64,000 nt of DNA from Haplodiscus bocki (Eukaryota). The notes below the pieces were generated by a model. It was not told the DNA's origin. It made no database searches and was given only the letters and a program-made list of their open reading frames with translations. This document shows, piece by piece, positions 37,201 through 48,269 of the stretch (the stretch's first letter is position 1; every line of letters begins with the position of its first letter). The stretch covers positions 69,068,001 to 69,132,000 of the forward strand of contig OZ296650.1 of the NCBI GenBank assembly GCA_965655095.1, read 5' to 3'. The position numbers and the translations under genes were made by a program.

Positions 37201-40200
37201 CTACTATAGTACACTAAAATTACGGTTCTTTTCACAAAAAAAATTCTTCCTCTTAGCTTTGTCAATTTTCGCCCCCAAACTTGACATGGCAAGCTGTTGC
37301 AAATTGAGAAAAAAGAGAATATCGACCGCAAAATTTCGGCCGAGATCTGATTCGAACCCGAAAGGTCATACAACTCAATCGCACATGGCTGTCCTCATTG
37401 ACCACTAGCCCAAATGATCTCTGACTTTGCTACAGTCATCTCAATATCATCTTGTCTCAATTTTGAGCGATAAAACAAAAAATGCGGGTCGACCTCCATA
37501 AGCTAGCGTTTGCCAGCTTAATTACACCAAGAGGAAACTAATTTGGCAGTTACAAGCGAAGTTCAACCCACTCATCTTGTGCGAATTGTGATCATGACAA
37601 AAAATCTCTCGTCTACCGTAATAATCTGGTGGTTTGCCAGCTTAAAGAACTAGAGATTGGAGGAAAAGGACGGGAATGTATGAAAAGGCAGAACCAACAG
37701 TCATTGAGCCAAACTCATTGACTTAAAACATCTGAGTTTGAGAGCAGATCGAAAAGGAACATACCAAACGATTGAGTTCTGCGCCATTAGTAGCATTAGA
37801 CGGCTGCCTTTAGTGTATGTGAATAATATTGGTAAAAGAGCTCATGAAATGAAACAAGTTTGAACAGCGGGATTCTGATAGGGCTTCCAGTTAATCAGTA
37901 AAAACAGATACGAACGCCCACCAATTCATCAATTTAACTTTATACGTGAACGAACGTGCAACAAGCCTGGGTCAGAGAATTGACTCGCTCAACAATTCTC
38001 GCTCAGCGCTTTCCGCTTACTTTGAAGTGCCGCTTATCGCATATGTCGGTTAATTACAAAACCGCCTTTTGACATTCGAAATTATCTCATTAGATAAGAG
38101 GTGAACTTTTCGCCTCAGCGAAGGCAGTTTTTTAAATTTCGGCATAGTGAAGGGTAATTTATGACTTTCTGGCATTGGTAAATTGCCACATAAAGGAAGT
38201 AATCAGACCTATAAAGGAAAGTCCACCATGTCTTATAATTTCAATTGTTGGCTGTTGGTTTTTTGGGCCCAAAATAATAAATTTGATTTCATTCACCGCT
38301 TACATTGCTTATTTATCATAGAAAGATTGGCAGTTTTCCCGCTCTCGCGCAATTTTATCCCTCTTTGGTTTAATTAACCACTTATCACTAAAGCGGGTCA
38401 ATTCTTTGGCCTGGTTGCCCCTCATTCCAAGATTTTATCCAGAAAGTATGTAATCTTGTTCATGATTTGAGTATGATACACGCTTTTTTCAAGAACGGCT
38501 ACCATCAATTTATGCTATAATAGACATTTTTGCAACCAACTACGAAGCACCACAAAACTGCACGTGACGGTAATTGGGTGACGTTCGCAGAACAGCAAAG
38601 CAAGTACGGCGTTAGAACACAAGCAGTAACAATACCTGTACAAAATCGTGCACCTAGTACAGTGAAAGCATTTTACACATTTTATTAGAGCTCGCATACA
38701 ATGTTGAACATTTTCGAAGAATTTAATTTGCTTTTATCAGTCAATTCATAGAGTTGTTTTTGATCAATGTTAATTTCTAGAAACTTAATTAGTATGAATC
38801 CCAACCATTTGATTTCTAACCCGAAAATTAACCTGAAGCTTTAACAATGAATCCCTTGACCAAAACATATTAATCTAACCGGAAGTTTTTGGATAGGGAA
38901 TAGTTTTGCACTTTTCGGCGTCCTTATCTTTGGGTTGTGGATTTTTTACGGCGGCTAAAGAGTAAGCCGACAAAACAGCATCGGCAATCATCACAGCCAT
39001 AGCTTGTGCATTGTCACGGAAATTTGCAACTTCTAACAAATATTTCTCCCCCTTGAACACCAGCTGAAGATTTTGGATGATGAAATGCTTGATTGCCTGA
39101 TGATCCAATCTCTGGCTCATACCCCCACTACTGAGATGTTTGAGGGTTACGGTCTCAAAAGAACATGTAATTTCAGAGTTCTGGTCCAGGTGAATGGAGA
39201 ATGTGATGCTGTAGATGCCCAAACAACTCTGCACTGTGACGACAATCATGTTGCTCAATTTCATGCACTCCAGACGCAACACTATACGCTTATTCGGTGA
39301 GGCGTAGTTGTGACAATCTTCGTACTGCAATGGATTAATGTCATCCAGGTGTGGTGAAATCTAGCAAAAAGACGAAACATAGTAGCTTACTTTGGAAAAA
39401 AAATGGGTCAAATCTGTAGCCTGGAATCAAAAAACAATCTCAAGACTATTTGCATATTCGCCAGTGCAAGTCATTTTTTTTCAGCTCTTCCCTAATCGAA
39501 ACCACCTACCGTATTTAATCTCGAATTATAGCCGCGATCGAATTGAGGCCGCACCAAAAGTTGTAGGAAAAAGTTAGAGGCCACACACGAATAGAATGCG
39601 CAATCGAAAATTGGATTCAGACAAGTTTAATTCTGCCCCTCCATGTTGAAGAATAGGCCATAAAAATGTAAAAGTTGAAAAGGAAATCGCATTTAAGGTT
39701 ATTAATAGTATGCTAGATGTAGTCCAAGCGGAGCCACCCATTTCCAGATATATTTTCCGCGAGGCGGACTAGTTAGCTACTCCGGCTGGCCATATATGAA
39801 TTGAAGCACCATTCAAAATGAGGACGCAGAATTTACCCCCAAAAATGCTAGAAGCCGGGGCTACAATTCGCTCATATACGGTAATCCATTTCTAAATTTA
39901 AGATCCGCAAATTCCAATTAATCAAGCTTTACTGTTTTTTTTTCTGACTTCGATCTTCGATACTAACTGATAGGACCTCATGCACGCCCGGGAATGCACT
40001 CTGCTTGCCAAGAGAGCTAGACAACGTTTGATTGACAGGGGACGAACTAATTATAGCTGTTGCTGTATCGGGATCATTGGCAACTCCTGAAGCCACGGCT
40101 ACAGTGTTTAAATTTTGACTGTTCAATCCAAAGGCAACGGTGGCAGAAGAATTGAATCCGTATTCTGCGCTTGCTCTAGGGTCAGCATTCACAGAAACAT

Positions 40201-43200
40201 CTTCCAAGTCCACTTTGACGTTTAACCTTTGGAACAATTCCTTCGACGGCGACCAAATCCTGATTTTCTTGTCAGAACTGAGAGATATTAACTGATATTT
40301 CCTCGCAAAGGAGGTCCATTCAAAGTCAACTATTTTGCAGCTTTCCGCCTCAAATTTCTGAAGAGCATATTGGTCCATTTCTTCATAACTGTATAACCTG
40401 AGAACGTTTTCCACTTTGTCGCATGTTGTGAAAGTTTTGGCAAATGGGGCAAATTTTGCTTTCGTTACAGGATTTTTGTCGAAGATTGATTTGTGTTCCA
40501 CCGTGGAAGATGAGTTTTGAGCTGGTTTCTTGGAATTTGAATTATCAATTGCTCGATTGGTTAAAGAGGTGAAGAAAACCAGTAGAGAATTCAGATCCAG
40601 AACTTTGACTGAAAAATCTTCACTGCCTGCAACCAATATGGCGTTTTCCAGTGAAGACCACTGTAGACTATGGATATTAGTAGTTTGCACCGCAGTCAAT
40701 TCCTAAACAATGAAGATATGTAATTTAACACAGTAGTGTGATAAAACAAAGAAACCTTTATTTTGTAATTAAGATTGGAACGATACATGCAGTTGCATAA
40801 AACTCAAAAATCACAAGTTATGATTGAAATAAAAGTTTTTTAAAATTTCATCTAGATTACAATGGTGCTTATTTGAAACTTCCAGGGTCATTGTTTTAGA
40901 AGTAAGGAGATTTGTATCAAGATGTATTAAGACATGAACTTGATTTGGCATCACAACTCTCGATGTTAGGCGCCTTAGACTCCATTTTTGTTTATAGTCT
41001 TTATACTATCAAGATGCCCCTTACTTACTGATTGCACTCAAAAGTGGAAAGCTCCGAAGTTTTTACAGTTCCAGAGAACATGCAGAGAATCATGTACTTT
41101 GGTACATTTTTCGGTACAAAATGCAACAAAACATGGCTTACTTTGGGATTGGAAGCCGCTACCAGCCGATCCGTTAGATTTTGAGGGGGTTACGGAAGAA
41201 CCAAGTTTTTGTTCGATAATAGGTAGATTTTTGGTAGTTTGCCGACAAGCAACACACATGACTGACAAAAACTTGATCATCAAATACTTTAGGCAAGAAG
41301 CCTGGTAAAAACGTTATTTTCATACCAAATGAACACCTATATATTTTGAGATACATTCGAGATATTTATTGATAGAACTGAGAAGATCGAACAATTTTGA
41401 TTTTTTTCGGCAATACTTCAAAAGTGAACAGCGGTCAAAACTGGAAAATCAGACTGTTTTGACGAAGTAAAAACGATTACTGACTATACGATAGTAAAAA
41501 GAATAATTCTGTAACCAGGAGGCCTACACAATGATCCCAATCCAATTTATTTTGCCTAATTGGAAAATCTTTCCAACTTCGCTCTTTCGCTTCATGTCTT
41601 GGACACAAATAACAGTGGACAGAAAGATATAAGAGCAGAAGTCGTTTAGTTACCATTAATTGACCAAAAATGGAAAGTGTAAGCTAACTAACGTTTATAC
41701 TCTGGCTAAGATTCCTGAAGTCCCAAATTTTCACGTCATTCCCTTGTGAAGATGCTAGAATATTTCTATCTAACTTGCACCATTTTAACTGCGACACCCC
41801 CATGATGTTAACAGGTAAATCCTTCATCTGCACAATACCTCCCTGTCTCGTGTCCCAGAAACCAATTTCGTTTCGAGATCCGGTGGCAAACAAACATCTA
41901 CTTTCATAGTTCCAGTCAAGATCGTTTATGTACCTATTGTGCGCTTTTTTGTTAACATGAATCAGTTCCATGGACTGGTTGTTCGCTTCGTACAAATCAA
42001 TTCCCAAATTTGCAGCCAAAAGAAAGTGCTGATTATCGGTCGGATTCAACCTTGCTATTGAAACCTTAAACAAGACGCCGGACTAACTCCGTGACATTTT
42101 CCGCCTTCCAAATTAGGGAAGAAACTACAACAGAGGTGAAGCGGAACTCCTCAACACATTTTGACTTGTCAGCTGAGATCAGGGATCCCCAAAGACATCA
42201 TCGGAGATGTGATTGACACTTTCAGCAATACACTAGCTGTCAATCAAGAGCTGGTTCGAAATAGTCAAATTGAGACAAGTACCTGTCACAGCGTCTCATA
42301 CCCGAAACGCTGATATGTCATTCATGCCTTTTCAGGTTACGTCATTTTGCTGCCCAAATGTCTTGAAAGTTTGCACAACAAACAATGCGGAAATAAACAA
42401 GTGTCTGTCACAAGGAGGCCCATTTTGACCGTTTACAGTACGTATGACTTATTGTTTGGCGGTTAACCTAACCGAACCGATTAATCAAAAACCAGACCGT
42501 ACCGAGGTTCAGAATCAAAACCGACAATTTCAATTTATAATAGGTCAATCGGCAATAGTCGAATTTGGCTAATTTTTAGAGACTAATCCCAATCACCCAG
42601 AGACAATTACTCACAGCCATTGATTGAAGGATGGAAGTTTATATCGTAGCAAAAAAAAATGTAGCTTCACACCGAAGCAATATCACTTTGGAAAGCCGCA
42701 GGCTGTAGATTAACTCATGCTACAAAGAAAAAAGTTCTGCTAGGATAAAAATTTTTGTTCCAACTCCTGAAACTGAACCGAACCGATTTTTTCGGAAACC
42801 GAGCCGAAAAGATTTTTCCCGAACCGCCGAACACTAGTATAACTAGACTCTCTGATGACGTAAAAAATGCAAGTTTTGGACAGGATGAAATACTAAGCAT
42901 AGGCCGATAAAAAGGCGCAATTCGGACAAAAAATGTCTGAAAAAGGTGCAAAATTGCACTGAAATTCAAAAAACTCGATTTTTTTCAAAAAAATCTAAGT
43001 TTTGGCTAGAAAAACCTTCTCTGTTAACATCCATTTTTTTGTTTACCGTGCAATTGTTAAATTTCATGTAAACAGCCCTGAGTGTTGAATGAATGATTTT
43101 CCTTCCAAATATGAAATATGGGCGGAAAAATACAAGACGCCCGGCTAACTCCGGGATATTTTCCGCCATAGAAATTTTCTAAAAGTGTTGAAAAAATTAG

Positions 43201-44219
43201 GGAAGTGCATTTTTTAAATATATATATTTTTTCAAATTTCAGTCGGGATTTTTCATCGAATAAAACTAAAATTCCTTTTGAGAATTTTTTTGCAAAAAAA
43301 CCTCCGTTTATTATGCATTCTGTAAAAAGCTTGGTACTTTTTCCCATTTAGAAAATAAAATGACTTGAAACGTAAAAATTCCGGTTTGAAAAACTCACAA
43401 AAACCTTAAATTTTTGGCGAGATATACGTTTATTTTTACTAATTAGACGAGCATTTTTTGGTCGTTAAATTTAGAAAATTTCAAATTGCTTCCGAGACTC
43501 GAACACGCGATCTATGTGGTACCGAACACACACAGACACTGGATTTACTCTTCTTATTCCAAACATCTTTCAAGAAGAGTCGAGGGAGGTGCATGTATGA
43601 ATATTCGATCGTCCAATTCATGTTAAAAACCTGAATGTTGTTTTTCCTTCCACATTATAAAATCTGGGCGGAAAATAAAATAGCATCCCTTGTATTTAAC
43701 TTTGAAACAACGAATTTTCAGATCATATACTTCAGAATCGATCAACTTCCGACGCACTAACCCTTCCAAAAGATAACTAATCTACAATGAAAAAAGCAGA
43801 TAAGACTACCATTTGGAATATAATAAGTTATTCAAGTCGTAGACTTCTGACCTCATTCAATTGGCAATTGAATTTTTATTATCAGTGTGGATATATAGAG
43901 CCTTACTTTAATAATTTTAATAAGACAAGGATATTGGAAAAACAAAACTAACATCAAAGTTAGAGTGTTTTCGAGGCACAGTAACAGCTGATTGTCTATC
44001 TACGAGACTCTGGAGTAGCAAGACGGATTTGCTGGCGAGAAGAGCTTTCGATCCATCGGCCAGAAGTGCCAGAGCAGCCGGAGTATGGATCGGAAAGTTC
44101 TGTGGCTGGATCGTGCATACAGGTACCATTCGCTGGTTGTCAGAAGGCACACCAGGGCGTCCTTCTGAGCGACTCATGTCGTATGAAGGTGATATGGCAA
44201 TATTAGGAGACAGAACCAT
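19096..44219 (-). CDS. WDR59: GATOR2 complex subunit WDR59 (Sea3 ortholog); 7 exons, 1146 aa
   Basis: Exons 44219-43953, 42064-41693, 40702-39968, 39360-38880, 30825-30111, 20221-19507, 19251-19096; GT-AG, phases consistent, 3441 nt. WD40 repeats (HNRYINDLDW, SQLKW, DVKIWD, TKAKFAPF), RWD-position region, IPYPKTSGGRF, ICEHN...W, PLGRPLIES...DIQTVAM, YADILYRW, RING CVVC...CFKCNHGGH..H..EWF...CP. Small extra exons in the long introns cannot be excluded. Confidence 0.93.
19507..20221 (-). CDS. WDR59: WDR59 exon 6
   Basis: Acceptor GTTTAG; ...YADILYRWELL...FFCVVCREE; donor GTAAGT. Confidence 0.88.
21053..21194. repeat. Small palindromic (hairpin/MITE-like) element
   Basis: ...ATGCCGGTGTCTGTC...TCTTACTCGTA pairs with TACGAGTAAGA...GACAGAAACCGGCAT; ~55-bp arms, ~25-bp spacer. 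Confidence 0.75.
24540..27600 (+). pseudogene. pPolB lineage 2 (with endonuclease VII-like segment) of a second decayed Polinton/adintovirus in WDR59 intron 5
   Basis: SGKFLG*AHRKLN (25411, EndoVII-like), SHNLSNY (ExoII), SSLEELV, GFYPY, FKCENKGD*HEL, GLD..NLPGDAFL, RGGI, VDTSNNLHGG (motif A), FILEVDLENP, FYK...YGRNFESKRNR (motif B), VGACIL, KFKDEMCG....FSGLKAK. The element probably extends ~21.2-28.6 kb. Confidence 0.85.
29400..29887 (+). mobile_element. Helitron/Helentron-like repeat 3' part with four tRNA-like units, copy 2
   Basis: Four B-box-like units (~29450, 29525, 29607, 29724), each followed by an AGGCTA-like motif; ends GGCGGTGCCGACTTGCGCCGTTTCCGGCTTGTT. Confidence 0.55.
30111..30825 (-). 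CDS. WDR59: WDR59 exon 5
   Basis: Acceptor TTTTTAG; GGRFSAGRLVIF...DIQTVAM...ESRR; donor GTCAGA, phase 2. Confidence 0.88.
31850..35820 (+). pseudogene. Highly decayed Ski2-like/Sec63 tandem helicase (ASCC3/Brr2-like), antisense in WDR59 intron 4
   Basis: Collinear remnants: VFGGAVEDRNPAG (motif VI-like), ILNVKLLL...KWHNPFL*R (winged helix), QTPI...ENSSTADASF...SVRIV (Sec63), RLEELTL...DAM, TNDTILK, second Walker A TG/GKS..VADLEILKAL...KDIVEGKR (~35100), G.GPGY/MGEAVL (second motif VI, ~35480). Confidence 0.5.
38880..39360 (-). CDS. WDR59: WDR59 exon 4 (RWD-position region)
   Basis: Acceptor TTGCTAG; ISPHLDD...TIPYPKTS; donor GTTAGA, phase 1. Confidence 0.85.
39509..39881. mobile_element. 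Tc1/mariner (pogo-like) MITE in WDR59 intron 3
   Basis: TA|CCGTATTTAATCTCGAATTATAGCCGC ... GGGGCTACAATTCGCTCATATACGG|TA; TA TSD. Confidence 0.7.
39968..40702 (-). CDS. WDR59: WDR59 exon 3 (WD40)
   Basis: Acceptor TTTAG; ELTAVQTTNIHSLQW...HEVLS; phase-0 donor GTTAGT, required by exon 4 frame. Confidence 0.85.
41693..42064 (-). CDS. WDR59: WDR59 exon 2 (WD40)
   Basis: Acceptor TTTAAG; VSIARLNP...KIWDFRNLSQSIN; donor GTTAGT. Confidence 0.9.
42071..42105 (-). repeat. Helitron-like 3' terminal hairpin motif GGCGGAAAATRTCMCGGWGKTAGYCCGGCGTCTTGT
   Basis: Related copies at ~10720(+), ~18462(+), ~43133(-), ~57749(-), ~58209(+); GC-rich hairpin followed by CTTGT. Confidence 0.55.
42450..42836. mobile_element. 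hAT-type MITE in WDR59 intron 1
   Basis: TIR TATTGTTTGGCGGTT / AACCGCCGAACACTA; TSD GTATGACT / GTATAACT (7 of 8); many AACCG subterminal repeats. Confidence 0.8.
43953..44219 (-). CDS. WDR59: WDR59 exon 1
   Basis: ATG 44219; ...ALALLADGSKALLASK...HSNFD; donor GTTAGT. Confidence 0.8.
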
Positions 44220-46125
44220 GATTATTGAAAAGCTAAATTGGAAGAATTATGGCATCAACAAGGCAACAACGAATATCGCCATTCATTGATGATGGGTCTC
44301 TCATCACCACTGAATTACATGAACAAGTCTGAAAACAATACGCAGCAGAACGTTCCAGAGCGATCTACAATTGACTATTCTTGTTTAAAAATCTCGATTC
44401 ATTTATGAAATCCCAAAAATGTGTTTCCGAAGAGTTAAATCATGGATATTCACAGCATCAACAAAACTGATTAGAAAGTAGGCGGCCTTTTCAATACCAA
44501 AGACGTATCCCAATTTCTTGAGTCACATTTCTTTTGCCCGAATTTCCGCAACCCTAGAATCGTAAAATATTACCTGAATTTTTCCTACCAATTTTCAGCA
44601 GCAAATCATTTCATTTTGAGCCCGAATCTCATTTTCAGATACAATCAGCAGGTTTTGCAAAAAGCAACAGCTAATTCTGTTAGGAGAACTGCTCATGATC
44701 TCACTGGAAAATTAGATCATACTCGTATTAATTCATCATTTCACGAAGTCCTTCAATCAGTTTCAGTGAAGTGCTTCATAATAAACGTTAATGAAGAATG
44801 CTCTACATTTTTCGGTCGTTGTAAGAGCGGTATCAGAAAAAAATTATGATCAAAAGTTCCAAATTTTTCCCAATTTCTTGCTGTGGTGGTCGATTTTTTT
44901 CAAAAACATGATTTTAACCGGTTTACGTTATAAAAGTAATTTTTGGATACTTCAATTTTTGGATAATGGTGAGTGCAAAAAAAATTAAATGGATAGTTTT
45001 AAAAAGGGTTTCGTTAACTTTTGTCTTATGGCCTTGGCAGGTCGTTTAGGAATGCTCCAGGCATTCCGCAAGAAACTCTAAAATGGGATCGATTCGAAAT
45101 GAGGTCTGTTTTCTCAAGAAAAAAATTGTAATAATCGGCATCTTCATGAAGGGCGGACTGAAAACATGCAGCATAGAACCTAAGACACATTCAGAGCCAT
45201 GATCAGAGACATGATCGATACTTTTTGAAATAGTGCTCCAGCTGCTATTGAGAAGCTTGTTCGAAAAAATCAAATTGAAACAAGTACCAGTCACGGTATC
45301 CCTAGTTGAAGCATTTGATCTGTCAATCATGTCGTTTTACGTTACGTTACTTTGATAGCCCAATTTTTAAAATATTTATACTATTTACAACGCGGAATGA
45401 ACAATTACCAGCCACACTGCCCTATTCAAGACAATGATACGTCATACAAGACCGTTGAGGAAACGGTTTTTCATTTTTTTCCTTAAAATTTCTGAACCAA
45501 ATTTTAAACAAGCTGAGGTCAGCCCTATGTCGGCACTACCCATCTGTTATGCACGAAAATTTGGGTAGGCCATAGAAGATGCACCACAAGAAAGTAGTCG
45601 AAAATTTTTTGTCTATGTGACAAAAGAGTAAAGGGGGGTCATATGGTGATTCGGAAAGTCTCTGATATCGAAAAATTTTATGCATCAAAGAGGGGGTATA
45701 ACGATTTCTCAGAAATTTTTTTGTCTCAGGGTACCAAAAACTATCATGAGGGGACTCTTTGGTTTTTATGAGAACTTGCCTGTGCCCTGTTTTTGTCCTT
45801 GACTGCGCTGCCATGCTGTAAATTACGGTACCAGGGAAAAAATTAAGAAGTGAAAATTCGTTGTAAACTTAATACCAAGAGGCGAAGAGAATCAAAGGCC
45901 CGGAAAGACATTTGAACCTTGATCAGATAGATGATAGACACCTTTAGAAATACTGCACCAGATGTCTATCAAAAGGTTGTTCGCAAAAGTCGAATTGAGA
46001 CAAATCCTTGTCTTGTCAATGTGTATAATCGAAAGCAGATCTGTCAATATGTCTTATTTAGATCCTCCATTTTCAGCCTTCATTCAAAAGATTAAAACAT
46101 TGAACAACGAAAAAATGAACACAAC

Positions 46126-46444
46126 TAGGTGTCCCAAAAATGTTACATGTAAAAAACTTTAGGCTGTTAAAAAGGCTAAAATTAGTCGACAAGACGTGAA
46201 AACAGCTTCAAAAATTTCCTATTTCACTTGTCAATCATGAGACCTGTGTGACGTGACTTAATTGAAACATCAACAAGAAACTAAACGTTCACAATTTGAA
46301 ATTTAGGAGCATGAGCCAATTTTGATGATTGACAGGCAATATGTGTCGACTTTAAAGAAGTTCCGATGACTTGTTCACTATTATGAATCACTTGGAGTTT
46401 TGAAACTCGAAATTTTTAAACGCAACGTTTTTCGGGGACACCTA
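46126..46444. mobile_element. MITE with ~30-bp imperfect TIRs
   Basis: TAGGTGTCCCAAAAATGTTAC... and ...GCAACGTTTTTCGGGGACACCTA. Confidence 0.6.
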
Positions 46445-47739
46445 ATACACTGACCATACTGTCTGTGTCCATCGATATGTCTTTCCAGGTTACGCCATTC
46501 AGCTGCCCATTTCTTAACAAGCTTGCACAGTAAACAACTCGAAAATGAACAAGTGCCAGCCGAAAAGAGGCCGTTTTTGACCGTTTAGACTAGATGACGT
46601 CAAAAAAGGTAAGTTTTGGACAGGATAAAAAAAGCACAAACCGGTTTCCAATACATATTTTTCCTTTCAGTCGGAATGAGTAAAAAGTGGCCTTAAGAGT
46701 AAGCTTTTTTAACGAAAGCACTGAAAATATCACTTTTTAGACGGCGGAAATATACAAGATCCTGCCAAATGGCGGTAGAACAGTTTCTGCTCATATGGCT
46801 GGGAAATTACAAAAAACATAATTATTGCAACGGTAAGGTTGTATTCCTGTAGAAAAACTCTCAGCAAACGCTTTTCATCTTCAAGAGAGGACAAAAATTA
46901 ACCGCTTTTGCAAATGTATTCGTGATCAGCCAAAATGCTCCCAAGCCATTTTCAACATGCATCTTTTTTTCACTAAGTTTTGCTGCGACACGTTTCAAGG
47001 TTCGCGCTATCGTTAGGCCTGCGTCTTCCGTGCAAAATTGACGACCGTTAAAAATCAATGAGTACAAATTAACTAATTTTTCACGGAATTCAATTTTTGA
47101 AAACTGACCAGTTTTATGCCTCCAGTTTAGCGAAAATTGAAAACTGACCACACGCTGACATCATCGCCTACATACTTACACAGTTCCATCTCATTTTTTA
47201 GAGGAAGTCGATCAAAATGAAGCCATAGAATGTAAATGAAGCGCAGATCCGTGCTGTTGCAGAGGAGGGAAGGCTATGTAATAGTCTATCGAATATGTAA
47301 TAGTCTCCTGATAGTATGTTGAATTCACAAAGCACCGGCTCAGTTGAACAGCCATCGCTACAGGTGGGTAAAACTTCCTCTGAAGTACGAGCTTAATTCA
47401 ATCCGTTGGTTTGTGGACTCGCACTAAACGTCACGTCAAGCTTAGGTGAGTGGTTCTTGATCATCTCCATGGCATGGTTTGCGAAGTGAACGGAACCACT
47501 CACCTGAGACAAATATATCATTATGCCGATATTTTCATGATGGTATTTTTTGCTGATCAATGTAAGGCCTTCTCGAACACTATCAACCATATACTTTTTT
47601 GAATATGACAACTGTATTGTTTTTTTCCGCCGCAATATATTATGAAAAAATAATTATGCTCTCAGTGTGGAAACTTTTAGTTCTCCGTAAATTGCCAATT
47701 CTTTGCAAAACATTTTCGTAAAAAATTATTCGCTCAAAA

Positions 47740-48070
47740 TGATCCCCCAGACATGTACACTGCAGTGTTGACAACCCCCACCGAAAAATTTTCGCTGCGA
47801 ATCTGACAATTTTTCACTGTAAGTCCGAAAAAAAATGTTTTTTCAAAATTTTCCGAAAACGTTCTTCTGGACACAACAGTTTTGACAACACTGCCGAAAA
47901 CTTTTTGCTCATAGTCGTCAAACTTTTCGCTCAAACTTCACAAATTTATAAAATTTTCTCAAATTTCGTTGCCCTAAAATGTTCCTCTGGACAAATAAAA
48001 TGCAGTTCTGACAAATCTGCCGAAAAATTTCCGCTGAAAGTCCGAAAATTGTTCAAACTCCGAAAACTAT
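47740..48070. repeat. Degenerate tandem repeat (CAGTTTTGACAACNCTGCCGAAAA core, ~120-bp period)
   Basis: Three diverged units at ~47760, 47878, 48003. Confidence 0.65.
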
Positions 48071-48269
48071 AAATATTTTTACATACTTTGGCTAAAATTT
48101 CGGGAAAAGGAAGGCTTTCCCAAAAAATCGAAAAAATTTAATCTTTTCTATGAAAATTAATCATAAAAGTAAATAATTGTAAATAATATGTAAAACTTTT
48201 AGGTATCAGGTTTTTTCCGTTATCCTAGCTTCTCCGTGCCAAAAAAGAACAAACTTAAATTGAAAAAAG

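Noticed and set aside
39929-39967. Extending WDR59 exon 3 to the GTAAAG donor at 39932
   Set aside because: Gives phase 2, which throws exon 4 out of frame.
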